Positions 11,750 through 21,263 of a stretch of DNA of 22,489 nucleotides are shown piece after piece. The stretch is from Ginkgo biloba (lineage: Eukaryota; Plantae; Ginkgophyta): positions 44,525,477 through 44,547,965 of the forward strand of contig JANKJI020000002.1 in the NCBI GenBank assembly GCA_024626585.2, in the 5' to 3' direction. Position 1 is the first letter of the stretch. The number at the start of each line of letters is the position of its first letter. Below the pieces are notes generated by a model. That model was not told where the DNA came from. It did no database searches and saw only the letters and a program-made list of their open reading frames with translations. The position numbers and the translations under genes were made by a program.

Positions 11750-12031
11750 GATAATCGTGGAGAGGAAGGTTAAAATCCAATGAGACCAAAATTATAAGGC
11801 GCCGATCAAATTTTCGAAATACCTGCGTTTAACCCATCACGGGTTTCATAGGAATAGGAAGAAACAAAAATGTTAGGCCAGGCAGAAGAAGATGTAGAGA
11901 ATGGGATGTAAGTAGAAGGGTTTTGAGGCGGTGCGATGGTGACAATACGCCCGCATTACAGGAAACTAATCAAGGTATTCTTCTTATTTTTCTTCTTCCT
12001 TTGAGAAAAACTATATTTGAAGGATTTAACT
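11750..12031 (+). promoter_or_regulatory. Probable promoter/5' leader of the PPR gene, with a 13-codon upstream ORF (11870-11911)
   Basis: CpG is retained locally against a CpG-depleted background. AAAAATG context at 11870 gives MLGQAEEDVENGM*. Donor-like GTAAGT at 11908; pyrimidine tract ~11977-12002. Confidence 0.45.
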
Positions 12032-13797
12032 ATGGATCACTCTATTTTTTCCACTATTCGCAGATCGCTAGTAGCGGTATTGGAACAGTACACACCCGCA
12101 CATTTTTTAAAGATTGCGAGCTTTCAAATTCACACCCGCTTGTTGTTTGGGTATCACAGTAGTTGTGCTAATGTTGAAGATTGCCCAACAGAAAACGAAA
12201 TGGAGGAACCCCAACACAAGAATGGCATTTCTGGCATCATTGAACATGTTGGTTCACTGTGTAAGGATGGCCTGTTGCAGGGGGCTATGGGTTTATGGTT
12301 CCAAATGGATCAGCGAGGCGTTCCAACGGAGTCCATAACTTATACTCGTCTTTTGCAAGGGTGCATTAAAATAAAAGCACTGGCAGAGGGCAAGCAGGTT
12401 CATGCCCACATGCTCGAAACTGGATTTAAGCCATGCATCTTCCTACATAATAATCTTGTCAACATGTATGCCAAGTGTGGGAGTTTGCAGAATGCACGGC
12501 AAGTGTTTGACAAACTGCCTGAACCGGACATGATTTCGTGGAATGCGCTAATTTCAGGATATGCCCAACATGGGTTTTACAAGGATGTTCTGAGCCACTT
12601 TTTACAGATGACAAGGGCGGGCATGAAACCAAATCAGTTCACCTTTGCGAGTGTTCTCAGCACGTGTGCCAACTTAGCAATTTTGCAGCAGGGCAGGCAG
12701 GTGCATACTCACATCATCAGAACTGGATTTGAGTCTTATGTCTTTGTGGGGAACGCCCTTGTTGACATGTATGCTAAATGTGGCAGAATAGAGGAAGCTC
12801 GCCAACTGTTTGACGAAATTCCTATTCAAGACGAAGGTTCATGGAATGCATTGATTACCGGATATGCCCAAAATGGCTATGCTGAAGAGGCCCTGAAACT
12901 CTTTTGTGAAATGCAACAAGCAGGCTTGAATCTGAACCATTTTACATTTGGTAGTGTTCTTAAGGCATGCAGTAGTGTCTCAGCTCAGGAACATGGCAAG
13001 CAAGTCCATGCCCGCATCATTAAAACTGGATTTGAGTCAGATGTCTATGTTGGAAGTGCCATTCTTGACATGTATGCCAAATGTGGGGGTGTAGAGGATG
13101 CACTTGCGATGTTTTATAAAATGCCAAAACGAAATGTCGTAACATGGAATGCAATGATANNNNNNNNNNNNNNNNNNNNNNNNNNNNNNNNNNNNNNNNN
13201 NNNNNNNNNNNNNNNNNNNNNNNNNNNNCAAATGCAGCGGACAGGCATGAAGCCAAACCACTTCACTCTTTCCAGCATTCTCAGAGCTTGCACCAGCCTA
13301 GCAGTTCTGGAGCATGGTAAGCAAGTCCACGTACATGTCATCAAAAGCAGATTTGAGTTAGATGAATTTGTTGGAAGTGCTCTTGTGGACATGTATGCCA
13401 AATGTGGGATCGTAGAGGATGCACGCAAATGGTTTGATAAAATGCCGAAACAAGATATTGTCTCATGGACTGCAATGGTGGCAGGATACACCCAGAACGG
13501 TCATGGTGAAGAGGCCGTGAAGCTCTTTCGCCAAGTATTAAGGGAAGCCATGATTCCTGATCAATTTACACTATCCAGTGTTCTGAGTGCATCTGCCAGT
13601 ATAGCAGCTCAGGAACAGGGCAAGCAGGTCCATACGTACATAATTAAAACTGGATATGAATCATGTGTTATTGTGGGAAATGCTCTTATTGACATGTATG
13701 CCAAGTGTGGAAGCATAGATGGCGCATGCACTCTCTTTGGAAAAATGCGTAAACGTGATGTGGTTTCATGGAGTGTGCTGATCTCTGGATATGCTCA
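12032..13797 (+). CDS. PLS-class PPR protein (PCMP family), probable organellar RNA editing specificity factor; 3' end unresolved in gap 13798-14237
   Basis: No stops from first in-frame ATG 12032 (track start 12017 is TTG) to the gap. Canonical motifs: S (e.g. VFVGNALVDMYAKCGRIEEARQLFDEIPIQD, 31 aa), P (e.g. IVSWTAMVAGYTQNGHGEEAVKLFRQVLREAMIPD, 35 aa), L (e.g. QFTFASVLSTCANLAILQQGRQVHTHIIRTGFESY, 35 aa). GC is higher than in the flanks. Ser/Arg-containing N-terminal extension is compatible with an organelle targeting peptide. The track's stop at 14290 is unreliable because it lies beyond a 440-N gap in AT-rich non-PPR sequence. Confidence 0.95.
12332..13797 (+). repeat. PPR L-S-P triplet array (303-nt / 101-aa period), 15 motifs seen wholly or partly, preceded by a degenerate P-like motif
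   Basis: ATGTATGC(C/T)AA(G/A)TGTGG (MYAKCG) recurs at 12464, 12767, 13070, 13391 and 13694. Spacings are 303, 303, 321 (spans an N gap) and 303. Confidence 0.95.
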
Positions 13798-14297
13798 NNN
13801 NNNNNNNNNNNNNNNNNNNNNNNNNNNNNNNNNNNNNNNNNNNNNNNNNNNNNNNNNNNNNNNNNNNNNNNNNNNNNNNNNNNNNNNNNNNNNNNNNNNN
13901 NNNNNNNNNNNNNNNNNNNNNNNNNNNNNNNNNNNNNNNNNNNNNNNNNNNNNNNNNNNNNNNNNNNNNNNNNNNNNNNNNNNNNNNNNNNNNNNNNNNN
14001 NNNNNNNNNNNNNNNNNNNNNNNNNNNNNNNNNNNNNNNNNNNNNNNNNNNNNNNNNNNNNNNNNNNNNNNNNNNNNNNNNNNNNNNNNNNNNNNNNNNN
14101 NNNNNNNNNNNNNNNNNNNNNNNNNNNNNNNNNNNNNNNNNNNNNNNNNNNNNNNNNNNNNNNNNNNNNNNNNNNNNNNNNNNNNNNNNNNNNNNNNNNN
14201 NNNNNNNNNNNNNNNNNNNNNNNNNNNNNNNNNNNNNCTAAGCCTAGGACTACAAATGATAAGTATTTAGAGATTTTTATTAATTTCTAGTTTTTAT

Positions 14298-14446
14298 ATA
14301 ATTTTGAAGAAAGAGGTGGCATCCATTGACTTTCCAAAAAAGTCTTTTTGTCTACATTGATATTTCAAGAGAGAACTTGCATCCATTCATTTTTCATTCT
14401 TTCATTTTACACAATATTTTTAGAAAGGAGAGGCATCCATTAGCTT
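14298..14446. repeat. Three degenerate ~33-bp direct repeats with invariant GCATCCATT core
   Basis: GCATCCATT at 14319, 14379 and 14433, each preceded by an AT/T run and a purine-rich run. Confidence 0.6.
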
Positions 14447-17400
14447 GCCTTCACTTTATATGTCATTTATACATATTTTAGGTTCACCTCCCCTCCATTT
14501 TTCCTTTACTAAGATGCTAAGGATTACTTTCATGGGTGACTTTCCCTTAAGGTATAAAGGGGTTAATCAATATATTAATTTTTTTTATTTTATTGGAAAG
14601 GATATTTTATATTATATTAGNNNNNNNNNNNNNNNNNNNNNNNAGGATCAAGGTCAAGTTTTTATACAAACTCAATACTATTCAAATATATAAATCCCAA
14701 TAGGTAAAATAATCCCTAGTGCATAATTAGGAATATGAAAAATGGTGACCATGCAAGGTGGAAGGTATTAAAAAAATAACAAGACATAAGAGTGGATACT
14801 AAGGATAATCCAAAAATTCCTTACTTCAAAATACAAGTGAAAAGGAAAGTATTTAAATTGACATTAATTTTCCCAAGAGGTTCAGATTATGGAAACCTTG
14901 CAACCAGGTAGTATTCATTCTTGCTATTTTGTCTTGATCTGTACTTCAAGCATGTAAAGTTAAATACCGATGAGTGTTGCTGAGATGGGGGATCCTTGTT
15001 TGACTGCACTGTTTTTCTTAAAGATCTGACAAAGTCCACTGGGTTCTGTCTGTGTTGTCACTTTATTGGACTGTGAATTCTGTCTTTCTTAAAGTCAACT
15101 GGATGACAATGAAGGCCTTCTTGTCCATCCAAGCTTTTTCTGCAACCAATACAGTCAACATGTGATCTAGCGGTAAGTAGTCAGGTCTGAAACATGCCTT
15201 CTGTTCTTCCAGTTTTCAACCATTTTCTGGGTTTCTTTGAAACAACGGTCTAAAGAGCTTAGATCTTACAATGCAATAATTGGTTGGATTTTCCTTATGC
15301 CTGCTTTTGTGTATGGGGTTTTTTAGGCCCAATATCCAATCCCTTTTCAAACATTTTATTGTCCAGTTGAGTAAAGCACTTGTTATGGAGTTAGGATAAT
15401 AGTCCATTAGACTAACTTTGCCTAAATGTCTGTGTCAGTGCAGTGCCTAGGTGCATGCTAGTTTCTGTGTCGCCTCCTGAATGTTTCCATTCTTAGACGT
15501 GTTCTCTTGCAAGTCACTTATGGTAAGCAACTTCACATCCTCACACTTTTCATACAGTTTTTGTGCACAATCTGGTCAGTCCTTATGTGCTATCTTCTCA
15601 GATTCTTCTGATTTTCTTGTTTATACTAAAATTTCCATGTAATATACATCCCTCAAGTATGAGATAGAAATACAAAAGGAACAAAATTGCACTAGATACT
15701 ATTATTAATTCTAGTTTGATATGCCATCCTAACCAAAAAGGAGCTAGCGCATGGTTCTATGGAGTTAAGCCTATTGGGGGATATGACCAAAGGGAATCAT
15801 TGGANNNNNNNNNNNNNNNNNNNNNNNNNNNNNNNNNNNNNNNNNNNNNNNNNNNNNNNNNNNNNNNNNNNNNNNNNNNNNNNNNNNNNNNNNNNNNNNN
15901 NNNNNNNNNNNNNNNNNNNNNNNNNNNNNNNNNNNNNNNNNNNNNNNNNNNNNNNNNNNNNNNNNNNNNNNNNNNNNNNNNNNNNNNNNNNNNNNNNNNN
16001 NNNNNNNNNNNNNNNNNNNNNNNNNNNNNNNNNNNNNNNNNNNNNNNNNNNNNNNNNNNNNNNNNNNNNNNNNNNNNNNNNNNNNNNNNNNNNNNNNNNN
16101 NNNNNNNNNNNNNNNNNNNNNNNNNNNNNNNNNNNNNNNNNNNNNNNNNNNNNNNNNNNNNNNNNNNNNNNNNNNNNNNNNNNNNNNNNNNNNNNNNNNN
16201 NNNNNNNNNNNNNNNNNNNNNNNNNNNNNNNNNNNNNNNNNNNNNNNNNNNNNNNNNNNNNNNNNNNNNNNNNNNNNNNNNNNNNNNNNNNNNNNNNNNN
16301 NNNNNNNNNNNNNNNNNNNNNNNNNNNNNNNNNNNNNNNNNNNNNNNNNNNNNNNNNNNNNNNNNNNNNNNNNNNNNNNNNNNNNNNNNNNNNNNNNNNN
16401 NNNNNNNNNNNNNNNNNNNNNNNNNNNNNNNNNNNNNNNNNNNNNNNNNNNNNNNNNNNNNNNNNNNNNNNNNNNNNNNNNNNNNNNNNNNNNNNNNNNN
16501 NNNNNNNNNNNNNNNNNNNNNNNNNNNNNNNNNNNNNNNNNNNNNNNNNNNNNNNNNNNNNNNNNNNNNNNNNNNNNNNNNNNNNNNNNNNNNNNNNNNN
16601 NNNNNNNNNNNNNNNNNNNNNNNNNNNNNNNNNNNNNNNNNNNNNNNNNNNNNNNNNNNNNNNNNNNNNNNNNNNNNNNNNNNNNNNNNNNNNNNNNNNN
16701 NNNNNNNNNNNNNNNNNNNNNNNNNNNNNNNNNNNNNNNNNNNNNNNNNNNNNNNNNNNNNNNNNNNNNNNNNNNNNNCTGTGTGGAAATGGATACCTCA
16801 AATGAGTAGTTGCATTTGCATGACTGGATATTAGACCATGGAGGTCGAATTCCCATTGTCTGAATTGTCATCAATCTGCACCTGCAATCCCAATGCAAAA
16901 ACATGAAAAACACATTCTAGAAACAAATAAATACATACAGAATGCTAATGACGAACAACATACAGAAGTTTGAAACAGTTCATCAAACAGTCCATTCCAA
17001 ACACAAAATTGACTTACGTCAGGAGGGAGTATGATAATGCATCCAAGGGATCAATTTTGGCGGGTTCATTGGGTAGCCATAAAAGCAGTCTACCAATTCT
17101 CCCANNNNNNNNNNNNNNNNNNNNNNNNNNNNNNNNNNNNNNNNNNNNNNNNNNNNNNNNNNNNNNNNNNNNNNNNNNNNNNAGGCAGCTTGCAAGACAC
17201 AACACAGGGACATGATTCCAAATGGCCGATAGGTTGCAAGTCCTCAAGGCCACTCCAGTAACTGAAATTCAGCATACTAACCACGTGATGAACGACATTG
17301 TTACTGAAGAAAAGCTAATGTGAAAGCTAAGTTTATGCAGGAAATACAGGAGGACCTAAAGATCCAATTCCAATCTCACCTCAAAGTCTCTTAACAAGTA

Positions 17401-17742
17401 CTCCAAATATTACAAAAAATGTTCTGAAGGNNNNNNNNNNNNNNNNNNNNNNNNNNNNNNNNNNNNNNNNNNNNNNNNNNNNNNNNNNNNNNNNNNNNNN
17501 NNNNNNNNNNCAATGATCAAGAGGACTTGAATGAAAAAACTTGACATGAGATGCGTTTGGGCATATACAACACAATGCTGTTATGGGAGGAACTGGAGTT
17601 ACCCACCAAAGTGTATATCATTTGTAGAGCTAACCAGATTCTCTATAGCGAGGGCACAGGCAAGGTTGATAGTTGCTCTGGTTCTCCCCTCACATCCCCA
17701 GGGAAATATTGACTATTTGTTCTGTCAATTGTAAGATTACTA

Positions 17743-18056
17743 TTCAGGAAAATACTACCAAATTTGCAATGTGTTAATAGTAACTCCCTTGCAATCCTCC
17801 ACTATTAGTACTTTTCAATTGCAGTAACCCATGTGACAAGATAATGTAGTGACATAGATTATGGATGTGCATGTTATAGTATATGGTAGCGATTGCATGT
17901 TTTCAAGAAACTTCTACAAAATTTGCAATATGTTAATAATATCGATCTTGCAATCTTCCACTATTAGTACTTTTCAGCTGCAGTAAATGATGTGCATGAG
18001 ATAACATAGTCACGTAGGTTATGGACGTGCATGATATGGTGTTTGGTAGTGATTGT
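17743..18056. repeat. Diverged tandem duplication, 2 x ~159 bp
   Basis: AATTTGCAAT at 17761 and 17920. Shared CTTGCAATC.TCCACTATTAGTACTTTTCA..TGCAGTAA and TTATGGA.GTGCATG blocks. Confidence 0.92.
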
Positions 18057-18821
18057 CTGTCTTAGAAATGTTGGGTATTTAACCTCAAATATGGGAAATT
18101 GTTAGGACTCACATGTCTGGACCAATGTTGGTGCATGTTAAACACAAACAACTTAATTGATATGCATACGGTATGTTCAATGCTTTCTTTGGTTTGTGAC
18201 ATGGTGTCTGCTTCCATGCTTTCTTAGGTTCTTGGAAATTGTTAGGTCTCTTGAATAATGTAGTTGAATTGCTCTGTATAAAGATGGAGGTTTTGAATCA
18301 CATAGTGCATGTGTTTATATCATTAGTGAAAATGAAATATAGTATGTGTTTGCATATTAAATAAGAGGCCTACATATATGANNNNNNNNNNNNCTTCAAT
18401 TTTGAAAATTATGGCAATATTTTGTAAAAGGTCAGTTATTATCTGTTGATGAAGCATTTTTTTAATTAGTTACCACAAAATATGTTTTGCCTGTGCCCAA
18501 TTTCAAAAACGAACATTTCATCCCTCAAAATGCCTTTGAAATTCAAATTTATGCTTAACATTGAATCAAAAGCAAGTAAAATTGACTGCAAACCCAAATT
18601 TATAAATAAAGATTTCAGATTAATTACATTATAATATATACCAATTGGATTTTGTATTAAATGTTTACAATAACTTGTGGTAGGAAATCTTTAAATCTGA
18701 ATTTTTTGTATTAAAAAACATGCACTATATAGAAGTCACGTTGCATTTTTTACGCTGGTGCGAAAAGCTCTGAAAATAGAACTTTGGCATTTCATGAAGC
18801 TTATGCAACTTTGTTTTTAAC

Positions 18822-19083
18822 TACACGAATCTATTTTGTAGAAAGGTGGATGCTCAAGAGAACAAGAGAGTTATTGGTTCTTGGGAGTGGGTGCTTGTGC
18901 CANNNNNNNNNNNNNNNNNNNNNNNNNNNNNNNNNNNNNNNNNNNNNNNNNNNNNNNNNNNNNNNNNNNNNNNNNNNNNNNNNNNNNNNNNNNNNNNNNN
19001 NNTACACGAATCTATTTTGTAGAAAGGTGGATGCCCAAGAGAACAAGAGAGTTATTGATTCTTGGGAGTGGGTGCTTGTGCCA
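18822..19083. repeat. 81-bp near-identical direct repeat flanking a 100-N gap (probable assembly/haplotype overlap)
   Basis: 18822-18902 and 19003-19083 differ at 2 positions (GCTC/GCCC, ATTGGTT/ATTGATT). Both copies abut the gap edges exactly. Confidence 0.85.
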
Positions 19084-20723
19084 TGTTGTTGACATTGTAA
19101 TTCTAATTTATATGGTGCATGTTCCTCTAATGGGTTTCTATGTGTCATGATAGAGGGAGGAAACTAATTTTCTACAATAGTTTGGCAAATGATTGTCTAG
19201 GTTTTGTTGTTGTGCAACTTGTTAATGGTCATGGTGTATTCTAGAGAGCAAGTGCTCTCTCCCAACTCGATCGAAAATCGACTGGCCCAACAATCGGGAG
19301 GTACAAGGCTGCTTCCTAGAGTACCTTAATATGTGTATTGTGTGTGAAAGTGTCCATGTGTGCGAAAGGAAATGTGGAATACTACTGCAAGTAAATAAAC
19401 ATACATAATAAACCCCCTTTTAACAATGCATGTTTGAAACACAGTTTGAAAGCATAAAAGAAATTTAACCCCTCTTTTCCTTTCCCTTCCCCTTTCTCAA
19501 GTTTAGAAAGAAATGCAGTTCAATTTATATTTCCTTTTTTTTTGGAGGGACAAGCGAGGACTTGCCTTAAAGAGGGAGATTCAAGACTAAAGTTCTCCTA
19601 GAACCCCTTGGGAGATTGCGAGGATCTTATTGAAGGTGCAAATAATTGGATTTCAATAAGGAATCTAGGTGAGGTTAGCAAAGTGACTTGGTAGGTGTGT
19701 GTAAGGTGAATGAATTACTTATTTTCTTTAAACACGTGAACATAAATAAAATATGCAAAGAATGATAAGTCCACCCACTACACAAGCAACCAAACAAGAT
19801 GGAAGAGGTATCTTCGGTGTTACCAAAGATGCCTAATGTTTTTTCTAGCGATGGAGGGGCTCCCAACTAGGATTAGAGGGGAGTTGCATTCCACAGGCCT
19901 CTTTTCGGTAGTACTAGGCATAAATGTACTCGGGAGGCTTGGAAAAGCCTCATAGGAATCCAAACATGATTTATAGATCAAATTAGATCTGAACTCTAGT
20001 AGCGAGCAAAGGATCTAATCCTTTAAACGACAAAGACCGCAAAGGAAAGTGATTGGAGCAGTAATACAATTAGAAAAACAATANNNNNNNNNNNNNNNNN
20101 NNNNNNNNNAAAATGAACTTAATTCATTGCCTCATTTTCTTTTTGTTTGGTAACTTAAATAAACAAAATGAAAGATTCCTTTATGCTTCTGTTCAGATTT
20201 TAAGAAAATCAGAGAATGGGAAATAGAATGAATGATGCTCCAACTTGCAAACAAGACACTTTGCGAAAATGGAGCCACCTAAGCCTTATTGCTCGGCCTT
20301 CCACGATTCGATCCTCTTGGTGCATTTTCAAGCTAGATTCGGCTGCAATTTTGTCAAAANNNNNNNNNNNNNNNNNNNNNNNNNNNNNNNNNNNNNNNNN
20401 NNNNNNNNNNNNNNNNNNNNNNNNNNNNNNNNNNNNNNNNNNNNNNNNNNNNNNNNNNNAATAATAAAGCATGTATTCAAAATAATTTGAAGAAAATGGG
20501 TGTTTATTTTGATCAATATTCAAGAACAAATGAAAGATGAGCATCGTTATAGACCTTAAAGAATACTGAATATGGTACTACGGACCCTGACTTCAATCTA
20601 TTCATAGCCAAAAATATGATACAACAATCAATATCTCATCCATAAATTTCATAAATACATGAAACAAGTACTAAAAAAAAGGTTCCAAATGACTATGGAC
20701 AGACCAATTGTTCTTTGCTCAAT

Positions 20724-21138
20724 GGCCAAATTCTTGAACTGAAACCACGCCAACATTCTCTTCCAAAAAATTATCGACAACAACAAATAAAAAGTACCTT
20801 AACCATGTCAACTCCAAGAGTTTCTTCAGTTTAACACCAAAGTTTCTAGCTTTCTCTTCCTACCATCGCCACGTCTACAATCATCTAAGTTCACCATTAA
20901 ATTTTTAGGCCAAATTCTTGAACACTAACATTCTCTTCTAAAAAATTATCGACAGCAGCAAATAAAAAGTACCTTAACCCTGTGCGATGAATTGACAAAA
21001 AGAATTCTCTTCCAAAAAATTACTAACAGTAGAAAATATAAATTATCTTAACCATGTGTGATGACAGGAAATAAAATGAAATTACATTAACCTTGTACGA
21101 TGTTTTTTTAATCGAAGGTCATGAAATTACCTTAACCC
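20724..21138. repeat. Array of degenerate direct repeats (three ~55-80-bp copies plus two short subunits)
   Basis: ATTCTCTTC.AAAAAATTA...AAAT..AA.TA.CTTAACC at ~20754, ~20930 and ~21004. The first two share upstream GGCCAAATTCTTGAAC. AAATTAC.TTAACC recurs at ~21079 and ~21124. Confidence 0.85.
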
Positions 21139-21183
21139 CTTTTTGAATGTCAATAAATTATTCCGTGAGAATAATTTATTGAC

Positions 21184-21263
21184 ATTGGATATGTGGAATT
21201 TGGAGGTCGAATGGAGTGTTTATCAATTGGATATGTGGAATTTGGAGGACGAACGGAGTGTTT
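21184..21263. repeat. 42-bp tandem duplication
   Basis: ATTGGATATGTGGAATTTGGAGG(T/A)CGAA(T/C)GGAGTGTTT at 21184 and 21226. Confidence 0.92.

Noticed and set aside
12114-13491. Alternative-frame and antisense ORFs within the PPR gene
   Set aside because: Shadow ORFs of a real coding region; no independent motifs.
14238-14290. C-terminus KPRTTNDKYLEIFINF* assigned to the PPR ORF
   Set aside because: Frame across an estimated gap is arbitrary, and the sequence has no PPR/E/DYW character.
16850-16876. CLNCH resembling the DYW CxxCH zinc motif
   Set aside because: No upstream HSE or KNLRVC context, no downstream DYW, and surrounded by stops.
15716-16913. Four overlapping ORFs of 334-380 aa
   Set aside because: Artefacts of the gap 15805-16778.
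20724-21263. Repeat-spacer look suggestive of CRISPR
   Set aside because: Eukaryotic context, irregular spacing, diverged units of variable length, no cas genes.
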